Below are positions 47,870 to 58,152 of a DNA stretch of 64,000 nt, in pieces (position 1 is the first letter of the stretch; each line of letters starts with the position of its first letter). The notes below the pieces were generated by a model. That model was not told the DNA's origin. It made no database searches and worked only from the letters and a program-made list of their open reading frames with translations. Both the position numbers and the translations under genes were made by a program. The stretch spans positions 1 to 64,000 of IMG/VR virus record IMGVR_UViG_3300026292_000003; one strand, 5' to 3'.

Positions 47870-49908
47870 TGGCTAAATCAACAAACATAAATTTACCTGA
47901 CGGAAGTGTAATACAAGTACCAGCCTGGGCTACAGAAACCACATTGGTTGCAATGGCTCAACAAATGCAACGTACAAATGTACTTACTAGTACTATGTTA
48001 GACGGTGTTAAAGAAATGGCTGAGTTAGATGATGAAGTAATTAAAGCCATAAACAATACTATTACAGCTACAAAAACTAATGCAGAGACTAATAAAAAAC
48101 AACAAGATGGTCAAGGCAATATGGTAATAGGTGCAGTAGGTGCTATTAAAGATACTGCTAGTTTCTTTGGTGATGCAGAAAAGCCTATGTCAAGTATGGT
48201 AGGTGCAGTTAAAGAACTTACTAGCAAAATGTCTGGCCCAGGTGGTAAAAAAGGTTTAGCAAATTTAACTAAAAAGTTTCCTGCTATGGGAAAATTCTTT
48301 GAGAAGTTTGGCGGAAGTTTAAATGTTGTTACTGACGTTGCACTAGCTTGGGCAGGTTGGAATGCGGCCAAGTTTGAACAGTTTGCAGAAGTACAACAAA
48401 AGATGATAGACAGTGGTTCTATATTTTATGCTAGTGCGGCTGAATTTGATAAACTGTATGAACAAAGTTTTAAATCAGGTGTAACTTATAATGCCTTTGC
48501 AGACACAATATCCAATTACGGAGCAACAATGACAGCATTGGGTGGAAACGTTTCGAGAGGTAGTAAACGTTTCTTAGGAATGTACAAACAGTTAAGTGAA
48601 GTTACAGATAGTATGGGTGACTTAGGTATGCAGAACACAGAGTTAATGAACCAATATGCGGCTTACTTAGAAATGGCACGTTTAACTGGACAAGTTAATG
48701 AACGAACTATGGCAGAAAAAGGTAAACAACTAGGAGAGTCATTTGCTAATCTTGTTGTTGAATCTACAGCCCTAGCAAGTTTAACAAAATTAAATAGAAA
48801 CGAAGCACTAGCGGCACAACTTGCGGCAATGAGTGATGTAAGGTTAGCGGCAGGTGCGGCAGATTTAAGACAGTATGGATTTAACGATCAAGCAGAGACT
48901 ATTGAAAACTTTGCAAAACAACTTTCAGTAATAACAGCAGATGATTCATTAGGCGCTGGTGCACAGATTTTTGGAAATATAGCTGAAGCCCTTAATAATG
49001 CAACAGGTCAGTATGCAGATAATATACATAACTTTGATATAGTACCGTCAATGGATAAAGAAACATTACAAACACTACAGACAGTAGCACCGGGTTTAAT
49101 TGAAACTATAAACACTAAAGTTAGAGAAGGTTCGCTAACAGGTGACGGAGTACAAGGTTTCTTATTAAATGAAATAAACAAAATTGATACAGAAGGAAAA
49201 CTTTTCACTACACAAGCAGATGCGGCTGGACAAGCAATTATAGCTTTTAGAGCTACAGTACAAAAAGTAAAAATGAATTATTCAGCTGTTACTGGTAAAA
49301 GTCAAAAAGACTTACAGGACCTTAATAAAGATACAAAGAAGAAATTAGAAGCATCGGGTACTACAGTAGAAGCAATGAACGATGCGGCTAAAATGTTTTT
49401 AACTGCTCAAGAAGCTATCACATTAGATATTAATAGTTTAAGTACAGGTGTAGAGTCGGTATCTAGATGGTTTGAAGAAAATACTTCAATAATAAAGAAC
49501 CAAGCTACTGGATTTTTTAACGGAGAAGTAGAAACTAACTATAGCAACAGTAAACCAGAAGAAAAAACCAATAATAGTACTATTGATAAAAATGATCCAT
49601 ATTATGGTTATCACCTAGAAGGGCAAAAGATGGCCGGCAATGACTCTAATACGAATAATTCAGTAGTAGCACCAACAATAGCACCAAGTGTTTATAATCT
49701 TAATACCGATGAATTAAACCAATCTAAAAAATTGTTGACAGAGTATATAGATCATGTTAAAATATTGAATAAAAACGTAGAAGAATCTAAGAAAAAGGAT
49801 TTAGCCTTATATAAAGAGCAAATTAGTCTAATAGAAGCAGAGCTAGATGCTAGAGAAAAGAAAGAAGCGATGAAACTCAGAGAAAAGATGAAGCACTTCT
49901 CTCAATAG
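47869..49908 (+). CDS. tape-measure-like protein 2
   Basis: PAWATETTL motif; helical; paralogous to the previous gene. Confidence 0.6.
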   Translation: MAKSTNINLPDGSVIQVPAWATETTLVAMAQQMQRTNVLTSTMLDGVKEMAELDDEVIKAINNTITATKTNAETNKKQQDGQGNMVIGAVGAIKDTASFFGDAEKPMSSMVGAVKELTSKMSGPGGKKGLANLTKKFPAMGKFFEKFGGSLNVVTDVALAWAGWNAAKFEQFAEVQQKMIDSGSIFYASAAEFDKLYEQSFKSGVTYNAFADTISNYGATMTALGGNVSRGSKRFLGMYKQLSEVTDSMGDLGMQNTELMNQYAAYLEMARLTGQVNERTMAEKGKQLGESFANLVVESTALASLTKLNRNEALAAQLAAMSDVRLAAGAADLRQYGFNDQAETIENFAKQLSVITADDSLGAGAQIFGNIAEALNNATGQYADNIHNFDIVPSMDKETLQTLQTVAPGLIETINTKVREGSLTGDGVQGFLLNEINKIDTEGKLFTTQADAAGQAIIAFRATVQKVKMNYSAVTGKSQKDLQDLNKDTKKKLEASGTTVEAMNDAAKMFLTAQEAITLDINSLSTGVESVSRWFEENTSIIKNQATGFFNGEVETNYSNSKPEEKTNNSTIDKNDPYYGYHLEGQKMAGNDSNTNNSVVAPTIAPSVYNLNTDELNQSKKLLTEYIDHVKILNKNVEESKKKDLALYKEQISLIEAELDAREKKEAMKLREKMKHFSQ

Positions 49909-49935
49909 GCATAAATACTGCAAAGGAAATAAATT

Positions 49936-51606
49936 ATGAGCTGGAAAAAGCATTTTACAAGATATAATGTAGGTGGTGCAAACACTACAAGTACAAAAAC
50001 AAATCGTTGGCAGAGTTGGCTACCTGAAGTATACAGTGGTCAGCCAAATCGTATTGAACGTTACACACAGTATGATCAAATGGATCAGGATAGTGAGATT
50101 AATGCGGCATTAGATACTATAGCTGAATTTAGTACACAAACAGATGCTGAAACAAAACTTCCATTTAAAATTGACTATAAAACAGAACCAACAGATTCTG
50201 AAGTAAATGCTATTGAGACTACATTAAAACAATGGATTAGAATAAACGACTTTGAACGTAGAATGTTTACTATGTTTAGATCGTGTATAAAATATGGTGA
50301 TCAATTTTTTATTAGAGATCCAGAAACTTACAAACTTATTTGGGTACAACCAGGTGATGTTGCAAAGTCTATCGTTAACGAAAGTGAAGGTAGAAAAATT
50401 GATCAATATATTGTAAAAAACATTGCTCTTAATCTACAAGACCTTGTAGCTACAGATACTAAGAAGCACACAGACTCTACTACTATTAATCCTACAACAG
50501 GTTATTCAGTAGGTAAAGGTAACGCAGGAATTGTTACTGCAAATAATTCATCAAGTATGAGTTCAGAGTTTGCAGTAGATTCAAAACATATGGTTCACGT
50601 AAGTTTAAGTGATGGTATGAATAATAACTGGCCATTTGGTAACAGTATATTAGAAGCAGTATTTAAAGTATACAAACAAAAAGAATTATTAGAAGATAGT
50701 ATTATTATCTATCGTGTACAAAGAGCACCTGAAAGACGTGTGTTCTATATTGACGTAGGTAATATGCCAGCACACAAAGCAATGGGCTTTGTTGAAAGAG
50801 TTAAAAACGAAGTACACCAAACACGTATTCCAAATATGAGTGGTGGTGGTACTAAGGTTGTTGATGCGGCTTATAATCCTTTATCAATTATGGAAGATTA
50901 TTTCTTTGCACAGACAGCAGAAGGAAGAGGATCTAAAGTTGAAGTTTTACCAGGTGGTGAAAACTTAGGTGAAATAGATGACTTAAAATATTTTAACAAT
51001 AAACTAATGCGTGGTCTACGTGTTCCAACTTCTTATCTACCAACAGGTAGTGAAGATGGAATCGCGGCATTTAATGACGGACGAGTTGGTACTGCAATGA
51101 TTCAAGAATTTAGATTTGCAAAATATTGTGAAAGATTACAAGCAACTTTACAAAACTCTTTAGATAGAGAATTTAAATTATTCTGTAAACACAGAGGACT
51201 AGACGTTAGTGCTAGTTTATTTGATTTAAACTTTGTTGAACCACAAAGTTTCTCACAATACAGAACTATTGAAATTGATGCACAAAGAGCTCAACTATTT
51301 GGACAACTTGAAGGTGTTCCATATCTATCAAGAAGATTCTTATTAGATAGATATCTAGGATTAACTGAAGAAGAAAGAGTAGCAAACGAGAGATTGTGGA
51401 AAGAAGAAAACCAAGCTGGTAATCAACCAGCAAGTAGTGCAACAGGTGATCTAGGAGGATTAGGTATCAGAAACAGTGACGTTGAAAGTTTTGAACCAAC
51501 TGATGTAGATGCAGAAAATGCAGATCCAGCAGATGATGCTGGTGGAGCAGATGTTGATACACCTGATTTAAATGATGATGGAATAGGAACTGGCGATGAG
51601 ATTTAA
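49936..51606 (+). CDS. gp20: portal vertex protein gp20
   Basis: LLEDSIIIYRVQRAPERRVFYIDVGNMP; EDYFF; LPGGENLGEIDDLKYF; late promoter CATAAATA at 49910. Confidence 0.95.
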   Translation: MSWKKHFTRYNVGGANTTSTKTNRWQSWLPEVYSGQPNRIERYTQYDQMDQDSEINAALDTIAEFSTQTDAETKLPFKIDYKTEPTDSEVNAIETTLKQWIRINDFERRMFTMFRSCIKYGDQFFIRDPETYKLIWVQPGDVAKSIVNESEGRKIDQYIVKNIALNLQDLVATDTKKHTDSTTINPTTGYSVGKGNAGIVTANNSSSMSSEFAVDSKHMVHVSLSDGMNNNWPFGNSILEAVFKVYKQKELLEDSIIIYRVQRAPERRVFYIDVGNMPAHKAMGFVERVKNEVHQTRIPNMSGGGTKVVDAAYNPLSIMEDYFFAQTAEGRGSKVEVLPGGENLGEIDDLKYFNNKLMRGLRVPTSYLPTGSEDGIAAFNDGRVGTAMIQEFRFAKYCERLQATLQNSLDREFKLFCKHRGLDVSASLFDLNFVEPQSFSQYRTIEIDAQRAQLFGQLEGVPYLSRRFLLDRYLGLTEEERVANERLWKEENQAGNQPASSATGDLGGLGIRNSDVESFEPTDVDAENADPADDAGGADVDTPDLNDDGIGTGDEI

Positions 51607-51790
51607 TGAATTAGCTCAAAATGATAAAGATGATAAGTCTAATCAATGGGAATTAGACGATACACGTAGACCTAAATTAACACTTAGACATCTTAATAAA
51701 ATGAGAAATAGAAGAGAATTAGCACGTGCTGAGCATAAAGATAAATTAGAAGATGTGCAATTACAATACGGTGCGGCACCTAAAGAATAG
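51596..51790 (+). CDS. small head-module protein
   Basis: DTRRPKLTLRHLNKMR..QYG; overlaps the portal stop. Confidence 0.7.
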   Translation: MRFNELAQNDKDDKSNQWELDDTRRPKLTLRHLNKMRNRRELARAEHKDKLEDVQLQYGAAPKE

Positions 51791-51845
51791 CCATTAAATA
51801 TCCATTTAACGGCGAAATATTAAAATTTTAATGAATTTAATTAAT

Positions 51846-51872
51846 CGCGGCGTCAAAACCGCGGTTTTTTTT
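51846..51872 (+). terminator. intrinsic terminator
   Basis: CGCGG-loop-CCGCG followed by a T run. Confidence 0.7.
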
Positions 51873-51943
51873 GTATTATATATTGGTTTAAGTCAAGATG
51901 TCTTAAATATGTATGTAATAACCTCGATAAAGGAGAAAATGCT

Positions 51944-52864
51944 ATGAGTACTCGCGAACGTTATATTAAAGTAATCGAATCACTAGTAAATGGTGAAGAG
52001 GCTAAAGCCGCTGACCAATTACATGAAGCATTCGTAGAAAAAGCTCGTGAAATCTGGAATGACCTAGTCGAACAAGACGAGATCATTGAAGACGAGGTTG
52101 CTGAAGAAGAATCAGTTGATGAAACTGTTGGCGGTGATAAAGCTGACGATTTTATTGATGACATCGAAGAAGACGATGATGAAATAGAAGCAGAAGAAAT
52201 GTACGGCGAAGACGAGAAGGGCGATGACGCACCTGATATGTCAGAACCAGAAGCTGAAATGGAATTATCAGACGAAGAGCCAAAAGATGGCGACGATGTA
52301 GACTTCGACGGTGACGGTGAAACAGACGATCACGAAGAAGATCATGAAGAGATTAAAGATAAGTTAGTAAACGTTGAAGACGCACTAGCGGATCTTAAAA
52401 CAGAATTTGCCAAAATTATGGGAGATTCAGAAGAAGAAGCGCCAGCTGAAGAAATGCCAGCTATGGAGCCAGAAATGGAACCAGAGATGGAAGCTGTAGC
52501 AGAAACACCTGTAGAAGAAGCTAAAGCAGAAGATGCTGAAGCAGAAGAAACAGTTGAAGAAGCTAAAGACGACGCTGAAGCAGAAGAAAACCTAGAAGAA
52601 GCGGCTGAACTTAAAAAAGTAGGCAAAGACGGAATGCACCCAAAAGATATGCCAGCAGGTGACGATGGTAAAGCATCGCCAGTAGCAGGTAAAAATGATA
52701 TGGGCGGCAAAGCAGTTGATATGTCAAAAAAAGGTTCAGAAGGTGACAAAAAAGGTTTAGTTGATGCTCCAAAAGATATGGGTGTAACACATCCAGGTGA
52801 TGGTGCTAAATTAAAACCAGAAACAAAAGGTCACGGCGCTGAGAAAAAAGGCAAGGCTGAATAA
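51944..52864 (+). CDS. highly acidic prohead core protein
   Basis: E/D-rich; lies between portal and protease; late promoter and AAGGAG RBS. Confidence 0.7.
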   Translation: MSTRERYIKVIESLVNGEEAKAADQLHEAFVEKAREIWNDLVEQDEIIEDEVAEEESVDETVGGDKADDFIDDIEEDDDEIEAEEMYGEDEKGDDAPDMSEPEAEMELSDEEPKDGDDVDFDGDGETDDHEEDHEEIKDKLVNVEDALADLKTEFAKIMGDSEEEAPAEEMPAMEPEMEPEMEAVAETPVEEAKAEDAEAEETVEEAKDDAEAEENLEEAAELKKVGKDGMHPKDMPAGDDGKASPVAGKNDMGGKAVDMSKKGSEGDKKGLVDAPKDMGVTHPGDGAKLKPETKGHGAEKKGKAE

Positions 52865-52866
52865 TT

Positions 52867-53505
52867 ATGCTTAACTCAAGTACATTAAAAGAAAATCTTT
52901 CGTATGATCAGGCTCAAATCATTACTGAAACTTCTCAGGATGGTAAGAACCTGTTCATGCAAGGTATTTTTGTACAAGGTGATAAACGTAATCAAAATCA
53001 AAGAGTTTATCCAGTAAACGAAATAAGTAAAGCTGTTAAAGCGATACAAGAAAAAATCGAATCTGGATTCTCAGTATTAGGTGAAGCAGATCACCCAGAC
53101 GATCTGCAAGTAAATTTAGACCGTGTTAGTCACATGATTGAAAAAATGTGGATGGACGGTCAAGACGGTTATGGTCGTTTAAAACTGTTGCCTACTCCAA
53201 TGGGAAATATTTGTAAAACCCTTTTAGAGAATGGAGTAAAACTTGGTGTTTCATCAAGAGGTAGTGGTAATGTAACAGAAAGCGGCAATGTTAGCGATTT
53301 TGAAATACAAACAGTTGATATTGTTGCAAATCCAAGTGCACCAGATGCTTATCCAGACCCATTATACGAACAAATAATGAATGGTAAGCGAGGTAACGTA
53401 TTAATGGATGTTGCATCCGCAGTAAACAACGACAAAATAGCTGAACAGTACTTCCAGAAGGAAGTACAAAAGTTCATTGAAAAACTAGATATTAGGAGAA
53501 AGTAA
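52867..53505 (+). CDS. gp21: prohead core protease gp21
   Basis: NQNQRVYP, LGEADHP, LGVSSRGSG, DIVANPSAPDAYP. Confidence 0.95.
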   Translation: MLNSSTLKENLSYDQAQIITETSQDGKNLFMQGIFVQGDKRNQNQRVYPVNEISKAVKAIQEKIESGFSVLGEADHPDDLQVNLDRVSHMIEKMWMDGQDGYGRLKLLPTPMGNICKTLLENGVKLGVSSRGSGNVTESGNVSDFEIQTVDIVANPSAPDAYPDPLYEQIMNGKRGNVLMDVASAVNNDKIAEQYFQKEVQKFIEKLDIRRK

Positions 53506-54608
53506 TGGCTAAAAATGCAATAGAACAACTCCTAGGTTCAGAAGTTATATCAGAGGAAGTGAGAAATACACTTTCAGAGGCGTGGGAATCAAAGCTGAAA
53601 GAAGCTCGTGAAGAGTTAACTGCAGAGCTTCGTGAAGAATTCGCTAACAGATATGAAACTGATAAAACGCAAATGGTGGAAGCACTAGATGCTATGGTAT
53701 CAGATACAATCAAATCAGAGTTAGAAGAATTCAAAGCGGACAAACAAGCGGCAGTTAAAGCTCAAGTTGAGTACAAAGCTAAGATTGCAGAACACGCAGA
53801 TCTTTTAGATAAGTTCGTTATGGAAACTTTGAAAAAAGAAATCGCTGAGTTACGTAATGATAGAAAAGTTCAAGAAGGAAACTTTGAGAAACTTGAAGAT
53901 TTCGTTATGGAACAACTTACTTCGGAACTTAATGAATTCCATAAAGACAAGAAAGACCTAATTGAACAGAAGGTAAAACTTGTTAAAGAAGGTAAAGAAA
54001 TAATTGCAAAAGCTAAAACTGAATTCGTAGATAAGGCTTCTTCTAAACTAGCAGGTATTGTTGAGAATACACTAACAACAGAACTTGGTACATTAAAAGA
54101 AGATATTAAAACTGCAAAAGAAAATATGTTTGGAAGAAAACTATTTGAAACATTTGCGGCTGAATTTATGGGTTCTCATTTAGCAGAAGGAACACATATT
54201 TCAAAACTTTCAAAAGAACTTTCTGAAGCTAAAGCGGCAGTTGAAGCTTCTAAAGAAGAAATTGCTGATAGAGAGACAAAGGTTAAAGAAGCAAACACAA
54301 AAATTGCTAGAATTAACGAGAGTCGTGAACGTGAGGCGGTGCTAACTGACCTTATGGGACCTCTATCAAAAGATAAACGTGAACTAATGACTAACTTACT
54401 TGAATCAACAGAAACAGGCAAGTTAAAAGCACAATTCAACAAATACCTACCAACGGTATTAAACGAAGGTGCGCCTAAGTCAAAAACTTCACAAACAATA
54501 ACGGAATCTCAGAAGACTGAGATTACAGGTAACAAGGCTCACACACAGTCAACTGAAAGTGAAGCCGAAATTATTAACCTTAAAAAGTTAGCAGGAATAT
54601 CAAATTAA
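53505..54608 (+). CDS. gp22: prohead scaffold protein gp22-like
   Basis: Coiled coil between protease and major capsid; GRKLFETFAAEF. Confidence 0.85.
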   Translation: MAKNAIEQLLGSEVISEEVRNTLSEAWESKLKEAREELTAELREEFANRYETDKTQMVEALDAMVSDTIKSELEEFKADKQAAVKAQVEYKAKIAEHADLLDKFVMETLKKEIAELRNDRKVQEGNFEKLEDFVMEQLTSELNEFHKDKKDLIEQKVKLVKEGKEIIAKAKTEFVDKASSKLAGIVENTLTTELGTLKEDIKTAKENMFGRKLFETFAAEFMGSHLAEGTHISKLSKELSEAKAAVEASKEEIADRETKVKEANTKIARINESREREAVLTDLMGPLSKDKRELMTNLLESTETGKLKAQFNKYLPTVLNEGAPKSKTSQTITESQKTEITGNKAHTQSTESEAEIINLKKLAGISN

Positions 54609-54623
54609 TAAGGAGAATTCCAA

Positions 54624-55787
54624 ATGACACAGAATCTATTTGAAAATTGGGATGCTACAAAAGGCGCCCTAACAGATGGCTTAGAAGGTAACAAGAAGGT
54701 TGTAATGGAATCAGTTCTTGAAAATACTAAGAGCTACCTTTCAGAATCAGCTAATTCTGGTACAACAATGGCAGGTAACGTTGCTTCACTTAACAAAGTG
54801 ATTCTACCAGTTATCCGTCGTGTGATGCCAACAGTTATCGCAAACGAACTAGTAGGTGTACAACCTATGACAGGTCCAGTAGGACAAATCCACACATTAA
54901 GAGTAAGATATGGTCAAACAGCGGCAGGTGTTGCGGCTGGTGACGAAGCACTATCACCATTTGCTATTGCAAAAGGTTACTCTGGTGACGCATCAACAGG
55001 TGGTCCAACTTCAACTTCTTCTTTAGAAGCAGAAGCTGGTAGAAAACTATCAATTCAAGTTTTAAAACAAACTGTTGAAGCAAAAACACGTAAACTATCT
55101 GCACGTTGGACATTTGAAGCGGCACAAGATGCTAATTCAATGCACGGTTTAGATGTAGAAGCTGAAATTATGCAGGCTTTAGCTCAAGAAATTACAGCTG
55201 AAATCGACCAAGAAGTTTTAACTTCTCTACGTACTCTAGCAGGTGCGGCTACTGATACATACGATCAAGCAAACGTATCAGGTCAAGCTACATTCGTTGG
55301 AGACCAACACGCGGCACTAGCAGTTCTAATTAACAGAGCGGCTAACCTAATCGCTACAAGAACAAGACGTGGCGCAGGTAACTACGTTGTTGTTTCACCA
55401 ACAATGTTAACAGTACTACAATCAGCGACAACTTCAGCGTTCGCAAGAACAACTGAAGGTCCTTTCGAAGCTCCAACAAACACTAAATTCGTTGGTACTC
55501 TAAACGGTACAATGAGAGTGTTCGTTGACCAGTACGCGGCAGACGATGCTCCAGTACTAGTTGGCTACAAAGGCGACGGTGAGATTGATGCGGCGGCATT
55601 CTATTGTCCATACATCCCACTAATGTCATCAGGTACAGTACTTGATCCAGCAACATTCGAACCAACAGTATCTTTCATGACAAGATACGGTTATGTAGAG
55701 CTAAACAACCAAGCTTCATCTCTTGGTAATGCGGCTGACTACCTAGCTAAAATTGGTGTTACAGCTGGTAACCTATCATTCTCATAA
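54624..55787 (+). CDS. gp23: major capsid protein gp23
   Basis: GVQPMTGPVGQI, AKTRKLSARWTFEAAQD, EITAEID, FYCPYIPL, FMTRYG. Confidence 0.97.
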   Translation: MTQNLFENWDATKGALTDGLEGNKKVVMESVLENTKSYLSESANSGTTMAGNVASLNKVILPVIRRVMPTVIANELVGVQPMTGPVGQIHTLRVRYGQTAAGVAAGDEALSPFAIAKGYSGDASTGGPTSTSSLEAEAGRKLSIQVLKQTVEAKTRKLSARWTFEAAQDANSMHGLDVEAEIMQALAQEITAEIDQEVLTSLRTLAGAATDTYDQANVSGQATFVGDQHAALAVLINRAANLIATRTRRGAGNYVVVSPTMLTVLQSATTSAFARTTEGPFEAPTNTKFVGTLNGTMRVFVDQYAADDAPVLVGYKGDGEIDAAAFYCPYIPLMSSGTVLDPATFEPTVSFMTRYGYVELNNQASSLGNAADYLAKIGVTAGNLSFS

Positions 55788-55810
55788 TCCGAGAATATAG
55801 AAGATATATT

Positions 55811-55840
55811 AAAAGGGCGGCTTTATGTCGCCCTTTTTTT
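55811..55840 (+). terminator. intrinsic terminator after gp23
   Basis: AAAGGGCGGC-TTTAT-GTCGCCCTTTTTTT. Confidence 0.9.
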
Positions 55841-55939
55841 ATGACCTAATTACAGGTTGTAAAAAAATTTAAAAAAATATTGACAAGATACGTTACCGTG
55901 TAGTATATTAAAACAATATATGACAAAGGGAGGGCACTA

Positions 55940-56902
55940 ATGGGTGACTTAACTATTTGGATGGGACTAGGATTCTTATTAGCGGCCTATTCAGTTATCG
56001 CAAACGATTCAGTACAAACTCTTGGTACGTGGATTGCATCAAACCACGAAAGATTTCATTGGAAAACATTATGGTTTTCTGCTTCGGCAGTTTTACTTTG
56101 GGCCTTATGGTATGGCTGGACAGTGAATGGAGGAGATATATCATACGGGCGACTTAATAGAATTCCGTGGCAGGAAGTAAAGTGGTATCATGCAATGGCA
56201 CCTGCATTACTTTTATTGCTAACAAGAGTTGGTGTACCAGTTAGTACATCATTTTTAGTATTATCAGCATTTGCTAGTACATTTGTATTAGAAAAAATGT
56301 TAATGAAATCTATTATGGGTTATGCAGTCGCGGCTGTGGCGGCGTATGTTATTTGGATTATTATTACAAAAATTGTTGATGAAATAAACGATCCTGTAAA
56401 AGAAAAACATAAACCATATTGGCGAGTAGCACAATGGGTAACTACTGGTTTCTTATGGTGGACTTGGCTATCACATGACATGGCAAACATTGCCGTATTC
56501 CTACCAAGACAAGTAAACTTTGAATTAATGGTAATGATTAGTTTGGTGTTTGTTATCGGATTAGGATTTATGTTCCGTGAAAGCGGAGGTAAGATACAAA
56601 AGATAGTATTAGAAAAACACAATACAAAGTATGTTCGATCAGCAACACTTATTGATTTATTTTATTGGCTGATACTTTGGTTCTTTAAAGAACTAAACGA
56701 TATTCCAATGTCAACAACTTGGGTGTTTGTTGGATTACTATGTGGACGTGAACTTGCAATGGCTACAATGCTAGGCAAGGGAAAACTAAAAGTAGTATTT
56801 CCATTAATTGGAAAAGATTTTATTAAAATGATAACAGGGTTGTTAGCATCTATTGGAATTGTACTAACAATACATTATATTTTAATTCCAAACGGATTCT
56901 AA
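55940..56902 (+). CDS. PiT/PHO4-like inorganic phosphate transporter-related membrane protein
   Basis: Many TM helices; ANDSVQ and HDMAN signature-like repeats; PVSTS and PMSTT motifs; own sigma70 promoter at 55880. Confidence 0.65.
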   Translation: MGDLTIWMGLGFLLAAYSVIANDSVQTLGTWIASNHERFHWKTLWFSASAVLLWALWYGWTVNGGDISYGRLNRIPWQEVKWYHAMAPALLLLLTRVGVPVSTSFLVLSAFASTFVLEKMLMKSIMGYAVAAVAAYVIWIIITKIVDEINDPVKEKHKPYWRVAQWVTTGFLWWTWLSHDMANIAVFLPRQVNFELMVMISLVFVIGLGFMFRESGGKIQKIVLEKHNTKYVRSATLIDLFYWLILWFFKELNDIPMSTTWVFVGLLCGRELAMATMLGKGKLKVVFPLIGKDFIKMITGLLASIGIVLTIHYILIPNGF

Positions 56903-56950
56903 AAAAACTTGACAAGCTGATTAACGTGTAGTACTATCAAAGTATAGTTA

Positions 56951-57025
56951 ATCAGCTTGGTGCTAATGGTAACATAGCGGTCTCCAAAACCGAAGACGAG
57001 GGTTCGATTCCTTCAGCTGGTGCCA
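56951..57025 (+). tRNA. trnW: tRNA-Trp (anticodon CCA)
   Basis: Acceptor ATCAGCT/AGCTGGT, anticodon loop CTCCAAA, GGTTCGATTCC T arm, encoded CCA end. Confidence 0.92.
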
Positions 57026-57039
57026 ATTTAGGAAGTTAT

Positions 57040-57234
57040 ATGGATCCTGATAATCCTGATTATAAAGAATGTTGCAGACTGTTTTATATGCTTAAAGGAC
57101 ATCTGAATACATCTCCAGACACAATTCGTAGTTCATATAATGGTTACTTCAAACGTCTATGGTATAATAATGAAGCATACTTAAAAGAAGAAGGCTTCGA
57201 AGAAGCATATAAAAAACATTTAGAAAATATATAA
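57040..57234 (+). CDS. hypothetical protein
   Basis: AGGA RBS; 64-aa ORF. Confidence 0.7.
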   Translation: MDPDNPDYKECCRLFYMLKGHLNTSPDTIRSSYNGYFKRLWYNNEAYLKEEGFEEAYKKHLENI

Positions 57235-57246
57235 TAAATATATAAA

Positions 57247-58152
57247 ATGTTTAGAGGAAAATACACACAAACACACAGTCATTTCTATATGCTTTCCGAT
57301 ACTCACAGAGTAAACGGATTTATTAATGCAATTAGAGAAAGAGTTTGTGTTGGCGATATTGTTGTTGATTTAGGTGCAGGTACAGGTATACTAGGTATTG
57401 AATGTGCTAAAGCAGGTGCAGATACAGTACATTTAGTAGAACAAGAACCTAAACTAATTCCAGTAATAGAAGCAATGATAAAAGAACACGGTGTTGAAGA
57501 ACAATGTGTTATACATAATAAAAGATCAGATGAATTTATAAAAGAGTTTAAGGGGCAAGTTAATCTAATAGTTTGTGAAGGTATTGGAGATCATATATTT
57601 GAAAGCAGACTAATAAAAGATTTTTTAGAATTCAAAGATAAACACAACATAGATAGTATTCCAGAAGATTTTAGACTTTACGTACATCATACACCTGTAA
57701 AAATAAACAGAGAATTACTTGGCAAGTATCATACAGTACTAGACAAGTTAGAAAAACCAACACTAGATTCTGTTAATATAACAAATAATATTATACATGA
57801 TAGGTTATACAAGTTTGGAAATAAAATAACTGAAGCAAAATGTATTTTAGAGTTTAATTCATTAGATCAACTTAAAACACGTTGTGAACAGATTTCATTA
57901 AACAGAATGCCAGATGATGATGAATATTTAATTCTATATTTTGAAATTGACTTAATAGATAAAATAAATATTAGTAATAAACCTACAAGAGAAGATTTAC
58001 CACATAGCTATTACCAAAGATTAATTAGCTGTAAAGATATAAGATCTCAGAATATACAAATAAAAATTGATTATGAAAAACACGTTACAGGAATCGAAGA
58101 CGAGCCCTTTCCAAATATAGAGATAAAACCAAGCAATGTCCAAATTTTATAA
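57247..58152 (+). CDS. SAM-dependent methyltransferase, protein-arginine methyltransferase (PRMT)-like
   Basis: HxxMLxDxxR; VVDLGAGTGILG..AKAGA..V..VE; double-E loop CEGIGDHIFES. Confidence 0.75.
   Translation: MFRGKYTQTHSHFYMLSDTHRVNGFINAIRERVCVGDIVVDLGAGTGILGIECAKAGADTVHLVEQEPKLIPVIEAMIKEHGVEEQCVIHNKRSDEFIKEFKGQVNLIVCEGIGDHIFESRLIKDFLEFKDKHNIDSIPEDFRLYVHHTPVKINRELLGKYHTVLDKLEKPTLDSVNITNNIIHDRLYKFGNKITEAKCILEFNSLDQLKTRCEQISLNRMPDDDEYLILYFEIDLIDKINISNKPTREDLPHSYYQRLISCKDIRSQNIQIKIDYEKHVTGIEDEPFPNIEIKPSNVQIL

Noticed and set aside
55841-55930. Pho box upstream of the PiT-like gene
   Set aside because: No CTGTCAT-type direct repeats at 11-bp spacing could be found.
56951-57025. Possible stop-codon recoding suggested by the tRNA-Trp
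   Set aside because: The anticodon is the standard CCA, core genes are intact in the standard code, and TGA/TAG act as normal stops.
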